DNA of 64,000 nt from Candidatus Caldarchaeales archaeon. GTDB lineage: Archaea > Thermoproteota > Nitrososphaeria_A > Caldarchaeales > Calditenuaceae. This document shows positions 30,367 through 39,251 of this stretch, one piece after another. The position numbers and the translations under genes were made by a program. Position 1 is the stretch's first letter. Each line of letters opens with the position of its first letter. The notes under the pieces are model-generated. The model ran no database searches, was not told the origin of the DNA, and worked only from the letters and a program-made list of their open reading frames with translations. The stretch is from contig JBCNVM010000005.1 in assembly GCA_039630085.1 (NCBI GenBank), positions 1-64,000 on the forward strand, given 5' to 3'.

Positions 30367-31415
30367 CCCATCACCATGCACATCACCGCCTTCTGGACGT
30401 GCAGCCTGTTCTCGGCCTGCTCGAAGTAGAGCGAGTACTCCGGCTTGTCGATCACGTCGTCCGTGACCTCTTGGCCCCTGTCGGCGGGGCCGCAGTGCAT
30501 GTACCTCCCCCTCCTCGTCAGGTCCATCAGCTCCTGGGTGCAGATCCAGTCCTTGAACCTGTTCTGGTACTCCACCGCGCCCTCCTTGTCGACCCTGCCG
30601 TTGTAGGGCGGGAAGAAGCCCCTCGGCGACCAGGCCTTCGGGTAGACGAAGTCAGCGCCCTCGAAGGCCTCCTTCATGTCGTGGACGACCGTGAAGCTCC
30701 CGCCGTACCTGTCGGCGTTCTCCCTGCAGACCTTGATCACTCCATCCTCCAGCTCGAAGCCCTTCGGGTGGGCGAGGACCACGTCCATTCCGAACATCGT
30801 CCCTATCAGCACGCAGCTCTGTGGGACTGCGAGCGGCTTCAGTCCGCCCGAGTATGCGTAGGAGACGACGAACTTCTTCCCCCTCGGGTTCGGGGCGACG
30901 TCGGTGATGGCCATGATGTCCGCGAGGGCCTGGAACGGGTGATAGAGGTCGTCCTCCATGTTCAGCACCGGTATCGAGCTCCACCTCGCGAACTCCCTAA
31001 CGACCCTGTGGCCCCTCCCGATGTGCCACTTCGCGGCGTCGCCGTAGATCCTGATCGCGATCGCGTCGCCGTACCTGCTCAGCACCCTCGCGACATCGGC
31101 GATCGACTCGGTCTGATAGGGCACCATGTCCTCGGGGAGGGTCGGGGTGTAGACGTCCTGCGGGCTGAGGAAGTGCGCGTGGCCCCCGAGCTGAAATATG
31201 CCCGCCTCGAAGGAGTTCCTGGTCCTTAAGCTCCTGTTGTAGAAGAGCATGAATAGCGTCCTCCCAGGCAGGTAGGGCGTCGGAACCCGGGACCTGAACT
31301 TCTCCCTGAGGTCCCTCGCGGCCCTCAGTACCTCATCGATCTCCTCTTTCGTGAAGTCGTTCGTGTTCAGGAAGGACCTGCCCCTCATGGAGCCCACGTA
31401 GCCCGGAACGCCCAT
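30363..31415 (-). CDS. Knotted-type carbamoyltransferase (YgeW/AOTCase-like), not canonical ArgF
   Basis: 'SLRTRNSF', 'HPFQ', 'SYAYSGGLKPLAVPQS', 'VYPKAWSP', 'YMHCGPAD'; lacks the SMG loop present in the canonical ArgF at the window end. Confidence 0.85.
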   Translation of the reverse strand: MGVPGYVGSMRGRSFLNTNDFTKEEIDEVLRAARDLREKFRSRVPTPYLPGRTLFMLFYNRSLRTRNSFEAGIFQLGGHAHFLSPQDVYTPTLPEDMVPYQTESIADVARVLSRYGDAIAIRIYGDAAKWHIGRGHRVVREFARWSSIPVLNMEDDLYHPFQALADIMAITDVAPNPRGKKFVVSYAYSGGLKPLAVPQSCVLIGTMFGMDVVLAHPKGFELEDGVIKVCRENADRYGGSFTVVHDMKEAFEGADFVYPKAWSPRGFFPPYNGRVDKEGAVEYQNRFKDWICTQELMDLTRRGRYMHCGPADRGQEVTDDVIDKPEYSLYFEQAENRLHVQKAVMCMVMG

Positions 31416-31501
31416 AGCGGCCCGAGTGGTGACCGCCCTCTGATAGAGGTTACCGGGGGCGGCGCGCGTCTCCCGCCGGGGTGAAGGGTTATTAGCGCTC
31501 G

Positions 31502-32176
31502 ATGGGGGGTAATTGCGTGGCTTTCATAGGACGCCAGAAGCTCGAGGACGTCAGAAGGGTCGTCCTGATGGCCTCCAAGGACCACACCAGGAAGTCGATC
31601 CAGATCCTGAGGGCTTTGGGGGCGATGGTGGAGGGGCTCGTCGAGGGGAGCGCAGATAAGGCCTTCCTCCAGCAGAAGTTCAACGAGATCCTCAAGCTCG
31701 ACGAGGAGTGCAAGGCCCTGAGGACGGAGGCCGAGGAGAAGATCCTCGAGGCGGGGGCCCTGCTGGCCGAGAGGGGTGACTTCATCAGGCTGCTCGGCTG
31801 CCTGGACAAGGTCCCAGACAGGCTCGAGGGAGTCGCTTACAGGACCCTGAGCCTCGTGGAGCTCGGGAAGCCCGACGACGAGGCCCTCAGGATGGTCGTC
31901 GACCTCCTCGAGGAGGTTGGGGTCTGCCTCGAGTCGCTGAACAGGGCGATCACCGCCCTCGAGATGGACTCGACGCAGGGCTACCAGAGGCTCAAGGAGG
32001 TCATGGCGCACGAGAAGAGGATCGACGACCTCTACAGGAAGACGGGGATCGAGATCCTGAGGAGGGGCCAGCTGACCGCGCACACGCTGCTGCTGAGGGA
32101 GATCGTGGACCTCCTCGAGTCGGTCTCGGACATCTCGGAGGAGGCGGCGGAGGTCCTCAGCATCCTCTACAGGTAG
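31502..32176 (+). CDS. DUF47 / PhoU-like phosphate transport regulator
   Basis: Two helical repeats 'E.ECK.LR...DKVPD..E' and 'EKRIDDLYR...LESVSD.SE'. Confidence 0.78.
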   Translation: MGGNCVAFIGRQKLEDVRRVVLMASKDHTRKSIQILRALGAMVEGLVEGSADKAFLQQKFNEILKLDEECKALRTEAEEKILEAGALLAERGDFIRLLGCLDKVPDRLEGVAYRTLSLVELGKPDDEALRMVVDLLEEVGVCLESLNRAITALEMDSTQGYQRLKEVMAHEKRIDDLYRKTGIEILRRGQLTAHTLLLREIVDLLESVSDISEEAAEVLSILYR

Positions 32177-32181
32177 CGGGG

Positions 32182-32745
32182 ATGGCCGCGGAGGCGAGGC
32201 CTCCCTTCAGAGGCGACTACGTCGAGGGCAGCGTCGTGGTCTTCGACAGGGCTCAGGCGAGGGCCGTCTACTCTCTCGGGTACTTCGGCAAGCCGCTCGG
32301 TGTGCCCAAGCCCAAGGGCGCGGACTTCGACGAGCCCCTCGTGCTCGACCTGATAGAAGCCCGGTACCTGATCGAGGAGGGGTACCTGGAGGTCTACAGG
32401 GAGGGGAGGAGGATGACCGCCGAGGAGGTCGCGGAGGCCGGGAGGGCGAACTACTCAAAGTACGACGACCTCTACTCGGTCTACAGGGACCTGAGGAAAA
32501 GGGGATACTACGTCAGCACCGGCATCAAGTTCGGGAGCGACTTCGCGGTCTACGTTTACGGGCCGGGCATAGACCACGCGCCGTTCATCGTGCTGGTGAG
32601 GTCCGAGGACGAGCAGCTCTGGGCGACGGACATCGTCAGGGCCGGGAGGCTCTCGACGACGGTGAAGAAGAACTTCCTGATCGCGACCGTCGACCGGGAG
32701 CGGGGACACGTGAGGTACCTCTCGATATCATGGGCGAGGATGTGA
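32182..32745 (+). CDS. endA: tRNA-intron endonuclease (catalytic subunit)
   Basis: 'VYRDLR.RGY', 'GIKFGSDFAVY', 'DHAPF', 'GRLSTTVKK' (Tyr/His/Lys triad). Confidence 0.92.
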   Translation: MAAEARPPFRGDYVEGSVVVFDRAQARAVYSLGYFGKPLGVPKPKGADFDEPLVLDLIEARYLIEEGYLEVYREGRRMTAEEVAEAGRANYSKYDDLYSVYRDLRKRGYYVSTGIKFGSDFAVYVYGPGIDHAPFIVLVRSEDEQLWATDIVRAGRLSTTVKKNFLIATVDRERGHVRYLSISWARM

Positions 32746-32747
32746 GG

Positions 32748-33281
32748 TTAGCCGCCCGTTCTGCCGATCACCATCTCGAGCAGCGTGCCGAGGACGAGCC
32801 AGGCCGTGTTCTTGTCTATCGCGACGCACGGAAGCACGGGTATCGAGGGAGGCACTCCGAGCACGAACCTCACGTCCTCGGGCCTAAGGGCGTGAGGCAG
32901 GTCCTGTTTGTTCGCCGCGACGACTATCGGCAGCCTCGCGAACTGGGACCGGGCCCTCTTGAACTCCTCGACCGCTGAAGCGATCGACTCCGAGTCGCTC
33001 GAGTCAACCATGAAGATGACCCCGTTCGCCCCGACCGAGAGAACCCTCCACATGAAGGAGAACCTGGGCTGTCCGGGGCTCCCGAAGATCCTCACCACGT
33101 AGCCGTCCCCTATGTCGACCATCCCGAAGTCCATCCCCACGGTCGTCTTCTCCTTCTTCCTCCTCTCCTCTGGAGAGGTCACCTCGACGTCCGTCGTCAT
33201 GCTTATCCCAGCCAAAGTCTTGATGAAGGTGGTCTTCCCCGCGTTGAAAGGTCCCACGACGAGGACCTTGACGCTCCTCAT
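32748..33281 (-). CDS. Small MglA-like GTPase
   Basis: G1 'GPFNAGKTT', 'TTVGMDFG', 'GSPGQ.RF.FMW', G4 'NKQD'. Confidence 0.9.
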   Translation of the reverse strand: MRSVKVLVVGPFNAGKTTFIKTLAGISMTTDVEVTSPEERRKKEKTTVGMDFGMVDIGDGYVVRIFGSPGQPRFSFMWRVLSVGANGVIFMVDSSDSESIASAVEEFKRARSQFARLPIVVAANKQDLPHALRPEDVRFVLGVPPSIPVLPCVAIDKNTAWLVLGTLLEMVIGRTGG

Positions 33282-33285
33282 GACC

Positions 33286-33651
33286 TCATTCCTTGAAGTA
33301 CACCGAGAGCAGCATGTTGATGAAGCCGAGGTTCGGGTTCGACTTCGTTATCGCGACGACCACGTCCCCCCTGTAGGGCATCGCGAAGACGTACCTCCGG
33401 TCGGTCAGCTCGACGTAGATCCTCTTGTAGTCCCCGAGCTCGAGCATCTCCAGCACCGACCTGATCACCCCCGACACCGCTGATATCGCTGCGGCGAGGT
33501 AGTCGGGGCTGAGCGAGATCGAGTTGGCGTGCGCGACCGGCGTTCCGTCCGGCTTAGCGACCAGTAGTACCTCTATCGCGCCCCTGCTGACCCTCAGGAC
33601 CTCCTCCAGGTAAACCCTGAGGTAGTCCGGGTCGTAGCGGAACCCGCACAA
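33286..33651 (-). CDS. Roadblock/LC7 (MglB-like) protein
   Basis: 'LLVAKPDG.PVA', 'LAA.ISAV', 'NLGFI'; 121 aa, directly upstream of the GTPase. Confidence 0.85.
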   Translation of the reverse strand: MCGFRYDPDYLRVYLEEVLRVSRGAIEVLLVAKPDGTPVAHANSISLSPDYLAAAISAVSGVIRSVLEMLELGDYKRIYVELTDRRYVFAMPYRGDVVVAITKSNPNLGFINMLLSVYFKE

Positions 33652-33654
33652 CGC

Positions 33655-34293
33655 TCACCTGACCTCCAGCATCCGCGCCAGCACGACCCTGAGTCGCTCC
33701 GTGATCTTCCGCAGTTCCTCCGCGCCGACGGGTCGGCTCGTCCTGAAGTGGGCGTAGATCTCCCGCTCGTCGATGGTCGCGACCCTCACCACACTCTCGA
33801 CGCCCCCGTTGAAGACCGCGAAGGACCTGGCCCGGTCGTTGGCCATCATGACGACGGAGAAGGCCTCGGCCAGCAGCGCAGCCAGCTTCTCCGGGTCCTC
33901 CTCGCCCTCGTGGTCGATGACGTGCCCTGCCGAGTCGAAGAGCAGGACCGACCCGAGGTCGAAGGCCTTGAGGAGGTCCTTCAGGTCCGAAATCTCGCCG
34001 ACCTCGACCTCCTCCGGCTGCTCGGGGGGAGGCGGCGGGGGCGTGACCATGACGGCTTGGGCCGCCTGTTGCGGCGGCGCGGGCTCCGCGGGAACCTCGG
34101 GCTGGGGCCGTGCCGTTGACCTCTCCTCCTCGGGCTGAACGGGTTTGACGGTGATCTGGAGCGCCTCCCTCATGAGCTTCAACTCAGCGGTGATCCTCTT
34201 CAGGCCGGAGATCACGGTAAGCAGCACGACTATCACGGCGACCGCGATCACGACCGGCCAGACCAGTCCCAGCACCTCGGCGACCCCCTGCAA
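33655..34293 (-). CDS. Single-TM protein with Pro-rich linker and degenerate roadblock-like C-domain
   Basis: N-terminal hydrophobic helix, 'PEVPAEPAPPQQ...TPPPPPPE' linker, 'VLLFDSAGHVI...EKLAALLA'. Confidence 0.7.
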   Translation of the reverse strand: MQGVAEVLGLVWPVVIAVAVIVVLLTVISGLKRITAELKLMREALQITVKPVQPEEERSTARPQPEVPAEPAPPQQAAQAVMVTPPPPPPEQPEEVEVGEISDLKDLLKAFDLGSVLLFDSAGHVIDHEGEEDPEKLAALLAEAFSVVMMANDRARSFAVFNGGVESVVRVATIDEREIYAHFRTSRPVGAEELRKITERLRVVLARMLEVR

Positions 34294-34382
34294 CGCTCGC
34301 CCTCCACCGTGACTCCCCGCAACTCCCCCTCAAAAAACGTTCTTATACGCAGGGCGGGGGACGGCGCGACGCCCTCTGCGGG

Positions 34383-34640
34383 TCAGACTCCGGCCAGCCC
34401 ACGGCCCGGTGCGGGACCCTGTATCCCCGTGGCCACTAGGACGATCGCCCTCTCGGGGAGGACACGCCGCATGTAACAGACCTTGCAGACGGTCCTCGAG
34501 CCGGTGAAGACTGCGCACCTGCTGCAGACCATCCGGGAGCAGATGCCGCACCTCCTGACCGCGAAGTGATCCGGGTGGTAATAACACCTGTAAGCGATCG
34601 CAAGGGCCTCGGCGGCGCCGGTCCCTCTCGCCTCCGGCAC
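34383..34640 (-). CDS. B-box-type zinc finger protein
   Basis: 'CYYHP...CGIC...CSRC...CKVC'. Confidence 0.7.
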   Translation of the reverse strand: MPEARGTGAAEALAIAYRCYYHPDHFAVRRCGICSRMVCSRCAVFTGSRTVCKVCYMRRVLPERAIVLVATGIQGPAPGRGLAGV

Positions 34641-34727
34641 GGCTCGTCAACTCCTTCAGGGGATATTTCACGGTGCCCGCGGAACGGACGAAGGTAGTCT
34701 GGGTGTAATGCCCGTATGATCTCCCCG

Positions 34728-35876
34728 TCATCGCCTCTGGACTATCCTGACGATCCTGTCGTCGCCTGGCCTCGGCCTGCCGCGACCGTCCCTGTTGCTG
34801 GTCAGGAGGTAGACGGAGCCGTCGGGTCCTTGGGCCACGTCCCTGAGCCTGCCCAGAGCTCCCCGCAGAAGGACCTCGTGCGAGACGACCATCCGCTCTT
34901 CGACGTCCAGCGCGACGGCGTGCAGCGCCTCTCCCCTCAGGGCCGCGAAGAGCAGCCTGCCCTCCAAGGACTCGAGGTCCGACCCGGAGCAGAACGCGCA
35001 GCCGGAGGGCGCCCAGGTCGCGTCGCCGCTTTCGAGCACCGGGTCGAGGAACCTCGGGTCGCGTCCCACTCCGATCACGTGGGGCCACCCGTAGTTGCCT
35101 CCGGGGACGATGAGGTTGAGCTCGTCGTGCGCGAACCTCCCGAACTCGCCGGTCGGTCCGTGCTCGGTCGCGAAGAGCCTCCCGTGCCTCGGGCTCCAGG
35201 CGATCCCCTGAGGGTTCCTGTGGCCGTAGCTGTAGACGACCGACCCTCGGAACGGGTTGTCGGCGGGCGCCGAGCCGTCGGGCCTGAACCTCAGGACCTT
35301 CCCCGCCAGCGAGTCGAGCCTCTGGGAGAGCTCCGGCCTCGCTGCGTCCCCCGTCGTCGCGTAGACGTTCCCGTCCGGGCCGACCTTCACCCTGCCGCCG
35401 TTGTGGACCGATGCAGCCTCGATGCCCGTCACCAGCGTGACGCGGTCCCTGAGCGAGAGGTCGTCGAAGAGCAGGACCGAGTTCCCGAGCCTCTGGCCGG
35501 CGTATGAGGTCCTGTAGACCAGTAGCTTTGAGCCTCTTCCGATCAGGTCGCACCCTAGGAGCCCTCCCTCGCCGACGTGGGCCACCTCCACGGTCCCCAG
35601 GAGCTCCGCCTTGCCCGAGCTCAGGTCGACCAGCCTCACCCTCCCCGGCCTCTCGGTGACAACAGCCTCGTCCTCGCCCAAGAAGGCGATCGACCAGGGT
35701 ATCTCGAGGCCCTCGGCGACCGTCTCTACGGTTAAGTCCGCACGCCCTCGCCCCTCGGGGGCCGCGACGGGGGTCGTCAGGGCCCTGAACCCGAAGTAGG
35801 CGGCTCCGGCCAGAAGTGCGACGCCTGCGCCGACCAGAAGCCTCCTCCTGCTCAGATTAACTAACGCGCCGCTCAC
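34728..35876 (-). CDS. PQQ-dependent aldose sugar dehydrogenase with Tat signal
   Basis: 'SRRRLL' Tat motif, 'PWSIAF', 'GEGGLLG', 'HNGGR', 'YGHRNPQG', 'EHGP', 'GGNYGWP', 'GRLRDV'. Confidence 0.92.
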   Translation of the reverse strand: MSGALVNLSRRRLLVGAGVALLAGAAYFGFRALTTPVAAPEGRGRADLTVETVAEGLEIPWSIAFLGEDEAVVTERPGRVRLVDLSSGKAELLGTVEVAHVGEGGLLGCDLIGRGSKLLVYRTSYAGQRLGNSVLLFDDLSLRDRVTLVTGIEAASVHNGGRVKVGPDGNVYATTGDAARPELSQRLDSLAGKVLRFRPDGSAPADNPFRGSVVYSYGHRNPQGIAWSPRHGRLFATEHGPTGEFGRFAHDELNLIVPGGNYGWPHVIGVGRDPRFLDPVLESGDATWAPSGCAFCSGSDLESLEGRLLFAALRGEALHAVALDVEERMVVSHEVLLRGALGRLRDVAQGPDGSVYLLTSNRDGRGRPRPGDDRIVRIVQRR

Positions 35877-35937
35877 CTCCCTCCTCCCTCGGGTCCTCGG
35901 GGTCGAATATGGGCGATTCTTCAGGACGCGGAACCGG

Positions 35938-36501
35938 TCACTGGACGCCGAACATCGATTTCACGACCCGTTCGAGCTCCGCGGCCCGTTCCTCGTCCGA
36001 GGCGGCCACGGCGTACCGCCTCCTCTCACCTCCGCGCCTCAACGTGAACTCGAGATGCACGCCGCGCCTCCTCACCGTCTCGCACTCGACCGTCCCGAGC
36101 TCTGAGGTCCACGAGATCCTCGTCCACTTGACGCCAAACCGGGGCCCCAGGACCTCGTTCAAGAACCTGATCGCCCGGGAGAGGGTGATGCCTGCGATTG
36201 AGCCTAGCGTCGCCTCGGTCTCCGCCTGCTCGTCCCTCCTTCGGCTCTCGGAGAAGAGCCACCAGACGCCCGTCTGGAAGAGTTGATCGAGGAGGTGTTC
36301 AGCGACCGAGCCATTAAGACGGCTGACGGGCCTTGTGTCGGGCGGGACGTTAGCGACGTGCGAGGTCTCGACCTCGACGACCCTGCCCTCCGTGACGATC
36401 AGGAAGCACCTGACCACACCGCCTCCCAACGTCCTCCAGGAGAACGTCCTCCTCCAGCAGTCGATGACCGCGACCACCTTCTCGTCTCCGGCCTCGGCCA
36501 C
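35938..36501 (-). CDS. Hypothetical protein
   Basis: ORF downstream of tRNA-Glu; GTG start inferred; no recognised family. Confidence 0.5.
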   Translation of the reverse strand: MAEAGDEKVVAVIDCWRRTFSWRTLGGGVVRCFLIVTEGRVVEVETSHVANVPPDTRPVSRLNGSVAEHLLDQLFQTGVWWLFSESRRRDEQAETEATLGSIAGITLSRAIRFLNEVLGPRFGVKWTRISWTSELGTVECETVRRRGVHLEFTLRRGGERRRYAVAASDEERAAELERVVKSMFGVQ

Positions 36502-36549
36502 GCCGGTTCCTCGCCGACCTGGGATAAGAGTTGCGGGATGCAACCGGAG

Positions 36550-36624
36550 TGCCCCGGCCGGGATTTGAACCCGGGTCCCCGGCTCGAAAGGCCGGTATAC
36601 TTGACCTGGCTATACGACCGGGGC
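36550..36624 (-). tRNA. tRNA-Glu(TTC), intronless
   Basis: Reverse complement GCCCCGGTCGTATAGCCAGGTCAAGTATACCGGCCTTTCGAGCCGGGGACCCGGGTTCAAATCCCGGCCGGGGCA; anticodon loop CT-TTC-GA. Confidence 0.95.
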
Positions 36625-36687
36625 CTCGGCCGCAAATCCGTGCGCGTTCTAATAAAGGATTTTAACCGCGTCGACGAATTATGCTCG

Positions 36688-38265
36688 ATGTCCGGTCAGC
36701 AGAAGATCACGTACGTGACCCTGTTCGCGGATCCGACGATCCACCCGAACTTCGAGAGCGCGCTGAAGGAGGTCGAGAGGAAGTACCTAGGGAAGAGCTA
36801 CCCGCTGTACATCGGCGAGCAGGAGGTCTGGACCGGCGACGAGTTCGAGGACCGGAGCCCGATAGACACGAGCGTGCTGGTCGCGAGGTTCCAGAGGGCG
36901 AGGAGGGAGCACATCGCGAGGGCGATCGAGGTCGCGGACAGGGCCTTCGAGGGTTGGTCGGAGCTGGACTGGAGGGAGAGGGTCAAGGTGATGGAGAGGG
37001 CGGCGCAGCTGATCGACGAGAGGAAGTTCGAGATAGCCGCGGTGATCACCTACGAGGTCGGGAAGAACAGGCTCGAGGCGCTGGCGGAGTGCTGGGAGGC
37101 GATCGACGCGATCAGGTACTACTGCAGGGTGATGGAGGAGAACGACGGCTACCAGAGGGACCTAGGGCCCGGCGCTCCGGGTGAGATCTGCAAGATGGTC
37201 GCGAGGCCCTACGGAGCCTGGGTCGTGATATCGCCGTTCAACTTCCCGTTCATGCTCGCGAACGGGATGATCCTCGGTGCCCTCATCACGGGGAACACGG
37301 TCGTCTTCAAGCCGACCAGCGAGGCCCCGCTAGCAGGACTGCTGCTCTACAGGGTCTTCAGGGACGCGGGAGTTCCGCCCGGAGCGATCAACTTCCTGAC
37401 GGGGCCCGGCGACGTCTTCGAGGAGGAGGTGACGACGAACCCGAAGGTCGCGGGGATAGCCTTCACCGGGTCTAAGGACGTCGGCATGAGGCTCTACAGG
37501 AGGTTCCTAACCAGCCAGCCGTACCCGAAGCCGATCGTCCTCGAGATGGGGAGCAAGAACCCGACGATCGTGACCGACAAGGCCGACATCGGTAAGGCCG
37601 TGACCGGAGTGATAAGGGCCGCGTTCGGGTACGGGGGCCAGAAGTGCTCCGCGACCTCGAGGCTCTACGTCCACGAGCGGATCTACGACCGGTTCGTCGA
37701 GGAGCTGGTCAGGGAGACCTCGAGGCTGAGGGTAGGGGACCCGAGGGAAAGGGAGACCTTCATGGGTCCGGTGATCAACAGGAGGGCCGTCGAGAACTTC
37801 AGGGCATACGTCGACGAGGCGAGGAGGGCCGGAGGTCAGGTGCTCTACGGGGGCGAGGTGCTTGGCGGGGAGCCCTACGACCGGGGCTTCTACGTCCAGC
37901 CAACGATCATCGCAGACGTCCCGCACGGTCACAGGCTCTGGAAGGAGGAGCTCTTCCTCCCGATCCTGCTGGTTGCGAAGTTCAGGGCCCTCGACGAGGC
38001 GATAAGCGCCGCGAACGACACCGAGTACGGCCTCACCGCCGGCGTCTTCTCCGAGGACAAGGCCGAGGTCGAGAGGTTCTTCTCGAGGATCCAGTTCGGC
38101 GTCTGCTACGCGAACAGGAGGGGCGGGTCGACTACCGGCGCGTGGCCCGGAGCCCAGACGTTCGTCGGGTGGAAGGCGAGCGGCGCGACCGGGAAGGGCG
38201 TCGGAGGGCCCCACTACCTGCTGACCTTCCTGAGGGAGCAGTCCAGGACGGTCGTCGTCGAGTGA
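36688..38265 (+). CDS. Aldehyde dehydrogenase, 1-pyrroline-5-carboxylate dehydrogenase-like
   Basis: 'ISPFNFP', 'FTGS', 'EMGSKN', 'GQKCSA', 'EELF.P', 'YGLTAG'; ATG start at 36688. Confidence 0.9.
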   Translation: MSGQQKITYVTLFADPTIHPNFESALKEVERKYLGKSYPLYIGEQEVWTGDEFEDRSPIDTSVLVARFQRARREHIARAIEVADRAFEGWSELDWRERVKVMERAAQLIDERKFEIAAVITYEVGKNRLEALAECWEAIDAIRYYCRVMEENDGYQRDLGPGAPGEICKMVARPYGAWVVISPFNFPFMLANGMILGALITGNTVVFKPTSEAPLAGLLLYRVFRDAGVPPGAINFLTGPGDVFEEEVTTNPKVAGIAFTGSKDVGMRLYRRFLTSQPYPKPIVLEMGSKNPTIVTDKADIGKAVTGVIRAAFGYGGQKCSATSRLYVHERIYDRFVEELVRETSRLRVGDPRERETFMGPVINRRAVENFRAYVDEARRAGGQVLYGGEVLGGEPYDRGFYVQPTIIADVPHGHRLWKEELFLPILLVAKFRALDEAISAANDTEYGLTAGVFSEDKAEVERFFSRIQFGVCYANRRGGSTTGAWPGAQTFVGWKASGATGKGVGGPHYLLTFLREQSRTVVVE

Positions 38266-38326
38266 CCGGGGCAGACAGCAAACGTAGTCCTACCGACGCG
38301 GCGATCGGAGTCCCCCGCTCACGCTT

Positions 38327-38740
38327 ATGTGGTTTGATCCCTCTAGTTTTGCGGTGGCGGTCTGGGAGAGGTGGCTCGCAAAGGCGAGGCTCTTCGCTAG
38401 GTACGCTGAGGACAACTTCAGGGAGGCGAGGTACGACGCGGCGGCGTTCTACGCTCAGCAGGCCGCCGAGGTGCTTTTGATAGGGATACTCCTTAAGAGG
38501 ACGGGCGCGAGGCCCTACACCCATTCTCTGACCGAGATGTTGGGCGCGTTGGGCCGGATACACGGTAGAGAGGTCCCGAGAGGCGTGCTGATCTCGGCCG
38601 CGAAGCTCGAGAGGCACTATCTGGCTTCGAGGTATCCCGACGCGGGGGCCGTCGAGTACAGCGAGTGGGAGGCCGAGGAGGCCCTGAGGTGCATGAGGGA
38701 GGTGCTGGAGTTTGTCCGAAGCTTGGGTGAAGATTTCTAG
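38327..38740 (+). CDS. HEPN domain protein (toxin of a HEPN-MNT pair)
   Basis: 'A.FYAQQAAE', 'THSL', 'HY..SRYPD'. Confidence 0.88.
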   Translation: MWFDPSSFAVAVWERWLAKARLFARYAEDNFREARYDAAAFYAQQAAEVLLIGILLKRTGARPYTHSLTEMLGALGRIHGREVPRGVLISAAKLERHYLASRYPDAGAVEYSEWEAEEALRCMREVLEFVRSLGEDF

Positions 38741-39119
38741 GGAGCTCGCGCGGGAGAAGGAGGAGAGGTTTAGGAGGATACTCGAGGGCCTCTGTCGTGA
38801 CTCGCTGTTGGTCGTCCTCTTCGGGTCTAGGGCCCGTGGCGAGGAGACGCCCCTCAGCGACTACGACCTGCTGGTCGTCAAACGCGAACGCGAAGGGGAT
38901 CGGTTCTCGATCGAGTGGTCCGCGCAGCTCTTCGTCTTCGGCCTGTCAGAGATGCGGGAGGAGATCGCGAACCTGAACGCGGTCGTCCTCGACGCGTTGA
39001 CGGAGGGCAAGCTCCTGTGCGGCGACATCGAGGTCTTCGAGGCGCTCCGACGCGAGGCTCTCGAGACGATCGAACGGAGGAGGATCAGAAAGACGGCGTC
39101 CGGCTGGTTCCCTGTGTAA
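38712..39119 (+). CDS. Minimal nucleotidyltransferase (MNT antitoxin)
   Basis: 'LFGSRARG....SDYDLLVV'; overlaps the HEPN gene. Confidence 0.88.
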   Translation: MSEAWVKISRELAREKEERFRRILEGLCRDSLLVVLFGSRARGEETPLSDYDLLVVKREREGDRFSIEWSAQLFVFGLSEMREEIANLNAVVLDALTEGKLLCGDIEVFEALRREALETIERRRIRKTASGWFPV

Positions 39120-39251
39120 GTGGCCGCGTGGCGCGCCGCGGTCTCGCAAATCACTCGCGAATGAGCGCAGGTCGGAGCTGTAGCGTGATAAGTGCCTCCG
39201 ATCCGGTGCTCCGTCGAGTTTTTACACTCGCTGCCGCAGCGGATCGAGGAG

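Noticed and set aside
29226-31229. Long alternative-frame ORFs (for example 667 aa here; 44756-46195; 50577-51998; 24830-26137)
   Set aside because: Arg/Gly/Pro-rich shadow frames typical of high-GC coding DNA overlapping well-supported genes.
36283-36687. N-terminal extension of the aldehyde dehydrogenase ORF
   Set aside because: Runs antisense through tRNA-Glu and another ORF; the true start is ATG 36688.
38327-39119. HEPN-MNT pair as a novel defence system
   Set aside because: A very common toxin-antitoxin module in thermophilic archaea; nothing unusual seen.
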